This document shows positions 15,816 through 22,779 of a stretch of DNA of 26,806 nucleotides, one piece after another (positions within the stretch are counted from its first letter, which is position 1; the number at the start of each line of letters is the position of its first letter). Position numbers and translations under genes: made by a program. Below the pieces are notes generated by a model that saw nothing but the letters and a program-made list of their open reading frames with translations, did not search any database and was not told the origin of the DNA. The stretch spans positions 30,001 to 56,806 of the forward strand of contig DATLXX010000001.1 in the NCBI GenBank assembly GCA_035575435.1, given 5' to 3'. This DNA comes from Candidatus Nitrosotenuis sp. (GTDB lineage: Archaea; Thermoproteota; Nitrososphaeria; Nitrososphaerales; Nitrosopumilaceae).

Positions 15816-15956
15816 AAATTTGTTTGCTAGAGGCCGACTTGGGCTCGTTTGAGACAAGTTTGGCTGAAAATTTGTCAAGTTGCTGAAATTTGGGACTGTA
15901 TGGATTTTTAGAAATTTGAAAATCAACATTATATTTGTATGACGAGTAGTAAATGC

Positions 15957-16067
15957 ATGAGTATTCAGATCAAGCAAAGGAAGCTGGACAGAATAGCCAT
16001 GTTCGTCATGTCGGCAGCAGTGGTGGGTTTTCTAGTTGGCTTTGCTGTTGCGCTGTACTCACCCTAG
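15957..16067 (+). CDS. Candidate 36-aa single-TM micro-protein
   Basis: My translation is MSIQIKQRKLDRIAMFVMSAAVVGFLVGFAVALYSP: a basic N-terminus followed by a clean TM helix. It is more protein-like than the overlapping 72-aa track ORF (15953). Confidence 0.3.
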   Translation: MSIQIKQRKLDRIAMFVMSAAVVGFLVGFAVALYSP

Positions 16068-16123
16068 GCGCCGAACACAGATCATGGCACGCACCTAGGA
16101 TATCCTCCAATTATTTATTTGAG

Positions 16124-16894
16124 TCATTTTTCATACAACCAAACATCGAATTTTGCCAGTGGCACACTTAGGTTGTCCGGCACTACAATCAAGAGCCCCG
16201 AATTCTTGTGCACGTTGTTGCAGGTGCCAGAAAATCTTGCATAGTTGGTAGCAAAGCAGCCGTCGTAAAAAGTAAAGTTCTTGCCTTCGTCGTAGTTTTT
16301 TTTCTCTTCGGCCGATGGCACAAAATACACATCAAAGCCGACCGCATCGTCGTTTATCCTTATGGCGTAATCGAAGTTGGTAGTTTCCCTATCTGTGCAA
16401 ATTGGGATGAATTGAGAGTACCCCGTCTTGATTTGTTCCTCGTGCTCTTTTTTGTCCTGCTTGCTTGGCGTGGGCGTATACATGTTGATGTTTGGGTCTA
16501 GGCTTTGCTGTATTCCTGCCAGATATTCTACCTGGTGTCTGATTACATCTGCCCCAAACCGTGCATAATGCGGCTCCCAGACATCGTGGCAGTTTGTGTT
16601 GTCGTGTTGAACCAGTATGTAGGATTTTCCGTGGACGTAGCGGAGCTCATCTACGTTGCTCTCTTTTGCTATCTGGAGCCTTGCCTGGGCGCTCAGCTGC
16701 CTGTTTTCTGTCTGAGTCCACACGTTCGTAACATCATATACAATGTTGCTTGGGTAGCTCTTCCATTCTTGCTGGAGGTGTACGTACACCGACTGTTTGT
16801 TTATTGCCTGCTGCTGGAGTACAAAAGCGCTTGCGACGTAATAGCTTACCACTACACCAATTACGATAAAGCAGATTATGTACAGTATCCGCAT
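16124..16894 (-). CDS. Signal-anchored extracytoplasmic protein, 256 aa, 4 ectodomain Cys
   Basis: N-terminal MRILYIICFIVIGVVVSYYVASAF anchor. The remainder is hydrophilic with Cys in NCHD, PICTD, DGCF and GTCNN. No family recognised. Confidence 0.7.
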   Translation of the reverse strand: MRILYIICFIVIGVVVSYYVASAFVLQQQAINKQSVYVHLQQEWKSYPSNIVYDVTNVWTQTENRQLSAQARLQIAKESNVDELRYVHGKSYILVQHDNTNCHDVWEPHYARFGADVIRHQVEYLAGIQQSLDPNINMYTPTPSKQDKKEHEEQIKTGYSQFIPICTDRETTNFDYAIRINDDAVGFDVYFVPSAEEKKNYDEGKNFTFYDGCFATNYARFSGTCNNVHKNSGLLIVVPDNLSVPLAKFDVWLYEK

Positions 16895-16941
16895 GCATTA
16901 AGCTTGGGAATTTTAGGGGTTTTTGAAAGTTGCCGTTATTT

Positions 16942-17088
16942 TCACGAGTCCGATTCCAGCGATTGACCCGTCTCATGAAAATATCTCTGAGCTATTTGCT
17001 GCAGCCTTTTTTGAGCATACTTGGTGGGCTTTTTTGATTTGAGGAGCCTGTATTCTTCAACCAGTTTTTTTAGTTCCGATTTTTTCAT
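16942..17088 (-). CDS. Candidate 48-aa basic helical micro-protein downstream of the metzincin
   Basis: My translation is MKKSELKKLVEEYRLLKSKKPTKYAQKRLQQIAQRYFHETGQSLESDS. The ATG lies 17 nt after the protease stop. Confidence 0.3.
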   Translation of the reverse strand: MKKSELKKLVEEYRLLKSKKPTKYAQKRLQQIAQRYFHETGQSLESDS

Positions 17089-17105
17089 GGTTTACCCTGC
17101 CAGAG

Positions 17106-17978
17106 TTATTGCAGCTTGGCCGCCTTTTTGAGAAAGCCCTTGAGCTGGGCAAGCGCCGAGTCGACCTTTTTTGCTGTGGTATATGAGGACACGTATTTGG
17201 AGTACGAGTCTTGGTAGTCTTGGGAGTAAAATGCATCGTCTGCACCATTTTGGATTGTTTTTGCATCAGTGAGGTATTTTTTTGCGGCCCAAAATGCATC
17301 CCAGGCCCTCTCAAGCTCCACTTGGGCGGCTTTGTTTGCGGCAGTGGTGCTTTTGAGCAGACCTTCGGCCTTTGCAAGATCGGACTCGGCCTTGTAGAGT
17401 TTCTGGTCGGAGAGTGTCTGGTATTTTGCAGATTTCGCCTTCCAGTCGGTTTGTTTTGTTGTCTGAGTTGCCGGCCTTTGCTTTGAGCTGAGCCAAGATT
17501 CATAGCTTTCGATTGTAGGGTACATGATGTCGTTTGGGTCTGTGCTGTGCCCAAGGCCGATTGCGTGGCCAAGCTCGTGCTTTGTTATTTCCAGCGCATA
17601 CTCGCCTGACACCAGGTTCCATTTTTTGTCCTTAAAGTATCCCAGCGTGATTGTCGCTTTGGGCTTGCCGTACTCGTTTATGGTGTTTTTGGAATAATAC
17701 CCAAGCTTGCCAGAGTCATACTGGCTTGCCCACTCCAGTACGAAGTCTGCCTCTTGGACGTGCGACACCTTGGCAAACTTTGTTCCAGGTATTCTGTTTT
17801 CCCAGTACTGGATTGCCTTATCCAGAACATCGCCAAAGTTTTTTTGCCAGTGCGGCGGCATTTTTTGCACGTAAATTTTGAAGGTTTCCGCATGAGCTGC
17901 CGGCACAGAGATTACAAAAAGCAGTGCCATGATTGTTGCAAAAAGCACCATGATTTCTTTATGCGCGATAAACTTCAT
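17106..17978 (-). CDS. Secreted metzincin (matrixin/M10-like) zinc protease with a ~140-aa helical C-terminal extension
   Basis: HELGHAIGLGH (HExxHxxGxxH) followed by the Met-turn DIMYP. Signal peptide MKFIAHKEIMVLFATIMALLFVISVPAAHA|E when started at ATG 17978, which removes the overlap with the nuclease gene. The track ORF starts at 18020. Confidence 0.85.
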   Translation of the reverse strand: MKFIAHKEIMVLFATIMALLFVISVPAAHAETFKIYVQKMPPHWQKNFGDVLDKAIQYWENRIPGTKFAKVSHVQEADFVLEWASQYDSGKLGYYSKNTINEYGKPKATITLGYFKDKKWNLVSGEYALEITKHELGHAIGLGHSTDPNDIMYPTIESYESWLSSKQRPATQTTKQTDWKAKSAKYQTLSDQKLYKAESDLAKAEGLLKSTTAANKAAQVELERAWDAFWAAKKYLTDAKTIQNGADDAFYSQDYQDSYSKYVSSYTTAKKVDSALAQLKGFLKKAAKLQ

Positions 17979-17982
17979 TCTG

Positions 17983-18585
17983 CTAGCACCCGTGCTTTGT
18001 GGCCCAGCCTTCTTTGCCAAATTCGCTTTTTGTGCAATACTGCTTTAGGATCTTTGCGTGATTGTTTTCGAGCAGTTCGTAGTTGAGGAGTTTTTCAGAG
18101 CAATAAACTTTGCCCACCAACCGCTTAAATCTATCAAAAGGCTGCTTGTCGTCTTGGTCTACTTTAACCGTAGAGCCCACAGGACAGAGATATTTGGTAA
18201 AGCCTTTTGCTTGGGCATATCCTGTTTGGCCTTTTTCTGGCGTGTTTGTGAGCGACAGCCGGACTTTGTAAGTGTCAATCTGCAATGTGTCGCCGTCGAT
18301 TATGCTTTTTACCACACCGTTTATGCATAGTGTGTTTCCAGTGCAGTGCGGAACTTCGGTCTTTTTTGCAGACGCCTTGACTGCATTAATTTGAATTTTT
18401 GAGATTGGTTTTCCTGCTTTACAGTATTTGTTGTCTGGGCACTCCGAGCAGTATCCTTTGTCTCCGCACACATACGAACCCGTATCTGATGGGCAGCTGT
18501 GTTTGCTGTGGCAACCATCCCGGTGTGCCTGTGCGCCAGGCATGGCAAATAACGTAAGAATCAGCAAAATTGCAAGCCACTTCAT
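17983..18585 (-). CDS. Secreted staphylococcal-nuclease (SNase/thermonuclease)-like nuclease with a Cys-rich N-terminal module
   Basis: 200 aa. Signal peptide MKWLAILLILTLFAMPGAQA|H. The SNase-like core is IDGDTLQID..YKVRLSLTNTPE...FDRFKRLVGKVY. There are 12 Cys in total, six of them in HRDGCHSKHSCPSDTGSYVCGDKGYCSECPDNKYC. Confidence 0.85.
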   Translation of the reverse strand: MKWLAILLILTLFAMPGAQAHRDGCHSKHSCPSDTGSYVCGDKGYCSECPDNKYCKAGKPISKIQINAVKASAKKTEVPHCTGNTLCINGVVKSIIDGDTLQIDTYKVRLSLTNTPEKGQTGYAQAKGFTKYLCPVGSTVKVDQDDKQPFDRFKRLVGKVYCSEKLLNYELLENNHAKILKQYCTKSEFGKEGWATKHGC

Positions 18586-18701
18586 GTAGTGTAATAGTTT
18601 TTTGTGATTTTAAATCATTGTAATCAAACGAACCAATTTTTACTAAATCCCCTAATAATTTAATCCAAGTCTTTATGAGCATGCTTTCTTTGGTGTAAGC
18701 A

Positions 18702-21700
18702 ATGATGCGGCGTTCTTTGTTACTTGGAGTGATTCTTGTTTTTGCTGCAATGCAGAATTTTGCAAGTGCGGCAACTGCGCCAGACCCTCCTGCAAGCCCA
18801 AGCGCCGTTGCGGTTTCCCCAACTCAGATCAATCTTTTTTGGTCTGCTCCTGCCTATGACGGCGGGGCTCCAATAACAGGCTACAAAATTGACTACAAAG
18901 TAGGCTCTGGAAGTTACATCAATTTGGTCCAGAGCACCACAGATACCACTTACTCACACACATCTCTTACTACAGGTCAATCATACACATACAAGATTTA
19001 TGCGATCAACTCTGCCGGCACAAGCATTGCTTCTTCTGAGGTCTCTGCGACTCCGACTTCGTCGTCGACTGGAACCTATCCTGGCGCGCCAACTGGCCTG
19101 ATTGCTACCGCGGTTTCTCCAACTCAGGTCAACTTGTACTGGAGTGCGCCGTCCAACAATGGCGGGTACTCAATCACAGGCTACAAAATAGAGTACCGAG
19201 TCGGCTCTGGCCCTTACACCACGCTCGTCTCAAATACTGCAAGCACTGCCACCACTTATTCCCACCAGGGACTGACGACAAACCAAGTATACATTTATCG
19301 AGTGTATGCGATTACCTCGTTTGGCACAAGCCAAGTGGCCTCAGCTGAGGCATTGGCGCAACCTACCTCTTCGTCTAGCGCGGCTGCACCTGGTGCACCA
19401 ACTGGCCTGTCTGCCACTGCTGTCTCGCCAACTCAGATCAACCTGATTTGGAGTGCACCATCTAACATTGGCAGCTCACCAATTATCGGCTACAAAATTG
19501 AAGCAAAATCAGGGACTGGCTCCTACACCACACTCACATCAAACACAGGAACCACCTCCACCACATACCAACACACAGGCCTCACAACAGGAACAACGTA
19601 CACCTACAGAGTCTCCGCAGTCAACTCTGTTGGTGCAGGGAGCGCATCCTCTGAGGCAGCTGCCACACCAACATCCTCGTCTGCCCCCGCAGCCCCAGGC
19701 GCGCCAACCAATTTGGTTGCCACTGTTTCTGCAAGCCAGATTAACTTGTCTTGGAGCGCGCCTGCAAACACGGGAGGCTACCCAGTAACCGGCTACAAAA
19801 TAGAGTACAAGGTAGGCTCTGGTTCTTACACCGTCTTGGTTCAAAATACTGCGAGTGTTTCCACTACTTATTCACATACAGGCATCACGGCAGGCCAGAC
19901 CTATATTTACAGAGTGTATGCGATAAACTCGATTGGCACAAGCGCTGCCTCATCTGAGGCCACTGCAACCTCCTCACCATCTGGTGCTGGGGTGCCGGGA
20001 GCCCCTCTAAGCTTTGCTGCAACTTCGGCAGGCCCAACTCAGATCAACTTGTCTTGGAGCCCCCCATCAAACAATGGCGGCGCTGCGATAACTGGCTACA
20101 AGATAGAAGTCAGGAAGGGAGCCGGCTCGTATGAGACTCTTGTATCAAATACTCAAAGCACCGCCACGTCGTTTTCGCACACAGGCCTTACCACCGGAAC
20201 CACGTATTATTACCGCCTCTATGCGATTAATTCTGCCGGCACAGGGCCTGCAAGCGAGTCGTCTGCGACTCCAAAAGAAACAACCAGTCCAGCACTTACC
20301 GCCACAGCGGTCTCCCCCACATCCATCACACTTTCATGGGTGCCACCGTCGCAGACATACAAGCAGAGCATAGTGGGCTACAGAATAGAAGAAAAGATAG
20401 GCCAAGACGATTTTAGGACCGTAGTTGACAACACCAACTCTCCTTCTACGACATACACTGTGACGGGGCTGACCACCGACAAGACATACACGTACGTGGT
20501 CTCTGCATTGTTTACCTTGGGCGCAAGCCCCACCTCAAACGAGGCATCGGCCACGCCGCTCACTACATCAACTGCACCCCCTCCATCACAGCCGGCCGCA
20601 AGCCCACCCGGTGTACCGACCAACCTAGTTGCCGTGGCTGGATCTGCAACTTCAATCAGCCTGTCATGGAGTGCCCCATCAAACAATGGCGGCTCGCCGG
20701 TAGTAGGATACAAAATCGAGGTGAGAAATGGAACTTCGCCCTACCAAACGCTTGTCTCAAGCACGCAGAATTCCACCACAAAGTACACTCATACCAATTT
20801 GAAGACAGATACCACATATTACTACAGGGTTTATGCAATCAACTCGGCAGGCCTCAGTGTCGCATCAGCCGAAGCTTCGGCCACACCAAAAGCTGCTGCC
20901 AGCACACCACCCACAACAACAAAACCTCCAGGCGCACCAGTAGGACTTGATGTGAGGCTTGTCTCATCCACTCAAGCCAATCTGTCTTGGTCGCCTCCAA
21001 GCGGTAACGTCACAAGTTACAAAATAGAGTACAAGATAGGCTCAGACCCCTACCGCACGCTAGTGAGCAAGACAACAGACACAACATACTCCCACACAGG
21101 GCTGCTGGCAAACACATACTCGTACAGAGTATATGCAGTGAATGCTGCCGGTACCAGTCCGCCATCAAACGAGGTCACAATTGACAACAGCCCCCAGCAA
21201 ACAGAACCAGAACCGGAGCCGGAACCTGAACCTGTGTCACAATGCGGGCCTGGCACGCACCTTGAAAACGGAGTCTGCGTTGTAGATGTAGAGCCGGAGC
21301 CGGAACCTACCACAGGATACAAGCAAACTCACATCCCAGGATTTCCCGATCCAAAAAGAGAGCCCCAGTACTACATCAACAGGTACACTAGCGACTCTGC
21401 GTTCAAAGAATGGTTTGACGCAAACTTCCCAGACCAGACAATATACGACATAGTAGGCGTGGCAGAACCCGAACCGGAGCCGGAACCTGAACCTGTGTCA
21501 CAATGCGGGCCTGGCACGCACCTTGAAAACGGAGTCTGCGTCCTAGACAAAGAACAAAAGAAAGGATTTGGAGGAGGCTGCCTTGTTGCGACAGCCACAT
21601 ATGGGACAGAGCTTGCGCCGCAGGTTCAGACGCTAAGAGAGGTCAGAGACAACGTATTGTCTGGCACAAGCTCAGGGACTGCATTCATGGCCGGATTTAA

Positions 21701-21944
21701 CGAGTTTTACTATACATTTAGCCCCAGGGTGGCCGACTTGGAAAGACAGAGCCCTGCGTTCAGAGAGGTCGTAAAAGTGGCAATAACGCCGATGTTGGCC
21801 ACACTTTCCATTCTAAGCTATGCGGATTCCGGCTCGGAGCACGAAGTGTTCGTGTATGGAGTCGGAATAATCTTGCTCAACATAGCAATGTACTTTGTTG
21901 CGCCGGCGATGATAATCATGAAGCTAAGACAAAAACAAGGCTGA
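18702..21944 (+). CDS. 1080-aa surface protein: signal peptide, 8 FN3 domains, two (PE)n-CGPGTHLENGVC modules, C-terminal Cys-containing membrane anchor module
   Basis: MMRRSLLLGVILVFAAMQNFASA|A. Eight ~100-aa repeats each carry the L.WS.P...GG..I.GY.IE......Y..L.......T.Y.H.GL......Y.YRVYA.N..G pattern (FN3). The C-terminus is GGGCLVATATYGTELAPQVQTLREVRDNVL... plus hydrophobic helices. Confidence 0.9.
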   Translation: MMRRSLLLGVILVFAAMQNFASAATAPDPPASPSAVAVSPTQINLFWSAPAYDGGAPITGYKIDYKVGSGSYINLVQSTTDTTYSHTSLTTGQSYTYKIYAINSAGTSIASSEVSATPTSSSTGTYPGAPTGLIATAVSPTQVNLYWSAPSNNGGYSITGYKIEYRVGSGPYTTLVSNTASTATTYSHQGLTTNQVYIYRVYAITSFGTSQVASAEALAQPTSSSSAAAPGAPTGLSATAVSPTQINLIWSAPSNIGSSPIIGYKIEAKSGTGSYTTLTSNTGTTSTTYQHTGLTTGTTYTYRVSAVNSVGAGSASSEAAATPTSSSAPAAPGAPTNLVATVSASQINLSWSAPANTGGYPVTGYKIEYKVGSGSYTVLVQNTASVSTTYSHTGITAGQTYIYRVYAINSIGTSAASSEATATSSPSGAGVPGAPLSFAATSAGPTQINLSWSPPSNNGGAAITGYKIEVRKGAGSYETLVSNTQSTATSFSHTGLTTGTTYYYRLYAINSAGTGPASESSATPKETTSPALTATAVSPTSITLSWVPPSQTYKQSIVGYRIEEKIGQDDFRTVVDNTNSPSTTYTVTGLTTDKTYTYVVSALFTLGASPTSNEASATPLTTSTAPPPSQPAASPPGVPTNLVAVAGSATSISLSWSAPSNNGGSPVVGYKIEVRNGTSPYQTLVSSTQNSTTKYTHTNLKTDTTYYYRVYAINSAGLSVASAEASATPKAAASTPPTTTKPPGAPVGLDVRLVSSTQANLSWSPPSGNVTSYKIEYKIGSDPYRTLVSKTTDTTYSHTGLLANTYSYRVYAVNAAGTSPPSNEVTIDNSPQQTEPEPEPEPEPVSQCGPGTHLENGVCVVDVEPEPEPTTGYKQTHIPGFPDPKREPQYYINRYTSDSAFKEWFDANFPDQTIYDIVGVAEPEPEPEPEPVSQCGPGTHLENGVCVLDKEQKKGFGGGCLVATATYGTELAPQVQTLREVRDNVLSGTSSGTAFMAGFNEFYYTFSPRVADLERQSPAFREVVKVAITPMLATLSILSYADSGSEHEVFVYGVGIILLNIAMYFVAPAMIIMKLRQKQG
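18774..21180 (+). repeat. Array of 8 diverged tandem FN3-coding repeats, period ~290-320 nt
   Basis: Repeat starts (P-G-A/V-P codons) are near 19080, 19389, 19695, 19995, 20286, 20605 and 20927. Recurrent DNA blocks include ggctacaaaat(a/t)ga and ccaactcagatcaac. Confidence 0.85.
21202..21280 (+). repeat. 79-bp direct repeat, copy A (encodes EPEPEPEPEPVSQCGPGTHLENGVCV)
   Basis: Hand-aligned to copy B: 78/79 identical. The only difference is a at 21209 versus c at 21470. Confidence 0.95.
21463..21541 (+). repeat. 79-bp direct repeat, copy B
   Basis: Same as copy A, offset by exactly 261 nt (87 codons, in frame). Confidence 0.95.
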
Positions 21945-21945
21945 G

Positions 21946-21951
21946 TTTTTT
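21946..21951 (+). terminator. T6 tract immediately after the FN3 gene stop
   Basis: The sequence is ctgaGTTTTTTgcg, with the stop at 21942-21944. Confidence 0.3.
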
Positions 21952-22019
21952 GCGCGCTGGTTGATTTTAAGATCATAAAAGAATCTCAATGTTTTTTTAG
22001 ATGCCGCATTGGATGATTT

Positions 22020-22706
22020 TTGTTGGGAAAAGCCAAAAAAGTCAAGCCCTCTGGGAAAAAGTCAAAATTCGTAGGAATTGGCGTGGTTGCAGTAATAGCT
22101 GCCATAATCGGCGTCATAGTAGCGAGCGGAGTCGAACTTGGCCCGACAAAGACCGCCATTGACACAAGCGGCGGCTCGCCCATACTTGGCTCTGAATCTG
22201 CACCAGTGACGATAATAGAGTTCGGGGACTACCAGTGTCCTTTCTGTCAGAGATGGAATCTGCAGACCAAGCCGTTAATTGAGCAAAACTATATCAATTC
22301 TGGCAAAGTCAAGCTGGTCTACGTCGACTTGCCCATAGTCGGTGCCGACTCGTTAAAGGCCCATGCGTCAAGCTATTGCGCCTCAGAGCAGGGTCTGTAT
22401 TGGCAGTACCACGATCATTTGTACAAAAACCAGGGTCATGAAAATGACGGATGGGCAAAGCCGGAAAACCTCAAGGAACTTGCCTCCAGGCTCGACGGCC
22501 TTGACGCGCAAAAATTCAGCGAGTGCCTCGACTCTGGAAAATACGAGGAGAGGGTGAAGGAAAACAAAAACATTGCAATGAGAACTGGGGCGCGGTCAAC
22601 GCCAAGCTTTGTCATAGTTGGGCCTGACGGCTCCGAGACACGGATCAGCGGAGCTCAGCCATACTCTGTTTTCCAGTCTGCAATAAATGAAAAACTGGGC
22701 GTTTAG
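22020..22706 (+). CDS. Membrane-anchored DsbA-like thiol:disulfide oxidoreductase (thioredoxin fold)
   Basis: 228 aa. Basic N-terminus plus TM anchor (FVGIGVVAVIAAIIGVIVASG), active site FGDYQCPFCQRW, cis-Pro loop STPSF. The start is TTG at 22020; a TGA lies at 22014-22016 and no in-frame ATG precedes the anchor. Confidence 0.85.
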   Translation: MLGKAKKVKPSGKKSKFVGIGVVAVIAAIIGVIVASGVELGPTKTAIDTSGGSPILGSESAPVTIIEFGDYQCPFCQRWNLQTKPLIEQNYINSGKVKLVYVDLPIVGADSLKAHASSYCASEQGLYWQYHDHLYKNQGHENDGWAKPENLKELASRLDGLDAQKFSECLDSGKYEERVKENKNIAMRTGARSTPSFVIVGPDGSETRISGAQPYSVFQSAINEKLGV

Positions 22707-22744
22707 TTATTGGGCAGCGTCATTTTGGCTTTTGAAATTCTACC

Positions 22745-22758
22745 AAATTATTAAAAAA
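22745..22758 (+). promoter_or_regulatory. AT-rich TATA-like element (AAATTATTAAAAAA) for the PEFG-CTERM gene
   Basis: Centred about 29 nt upstream of the proposed GTG start at 22780, which supports that start over 22687. Confidence 0.3.
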
Positions 22759-22779
22759 CCAAGCCACAATGGCCCGATT

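Noticed and set aside
15953-16171. 72-aa plus-strand track ORF
   Set aside because: It gives a Ser/Gly/Cys/His-rich implausible product that runs into the 16124-16894 gene on the other strand. The +1-shifted 36-aa ORF (15957-16067) with a clean TM helix is the better, though still weak, candidate.
17057-17572. 171-aa alternative-frame ORF within the metzincin gene
   Set aside because: It is a Pro/Thr/Lys/Arg-rich low-complexity translation. The other frame carries the HExxHxxGxxH and Met-turn motifs.
17979-18020. Upstream start of the metzincin overlapping the nuclease gene by 38 nt
   Set aside because: The ATG at 17978 yields a textbook signal peptide and leaves a 4-nt spacer. The extra 14 residues are hydrophilic and unnecessary.
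18702-18770. MMRRSLLLG as a twin-arginine (Tat) signal, given tatAC in the window
   Set aside because: The RR-x-hydrophobic-hydrophobic pattern is present, but the n-region is only 2 residues. An 8-FN3, disulfide-containing 1080-aa protein is a more natural Sec substrate. The tatAC genes 15 kb away are housekeeping.
19453-20950. Several 60-111-aa ORFs on both strands inside the FN3 gene
   Set aside because: They are frame shadows of a Thr/Ser/Ala/Pro-rich repeat gene. The FN3 frame is continuous for 1080 codons.
18774-21180. Regular ~300-nt periodicity that might suggest a CRISPR-like or satellite array
   Set aside because: The period is far too long and the units are diverged. There is no repeat-spacer structure, and the periodicity is fully explained by tandem FN3 domains in one ORF.
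22687-22779. ATG at 22687 as the start of the PEFG-CTERM protein
   Set aside because: It would overlap the DsbA-like gene by 20 nt and would prepend 31 aromatic/basic residues ahead of an otherwise perfect signal peptide. A TATA-like element sits inside this stretch. GTG 22780 is preferred, though unproven.
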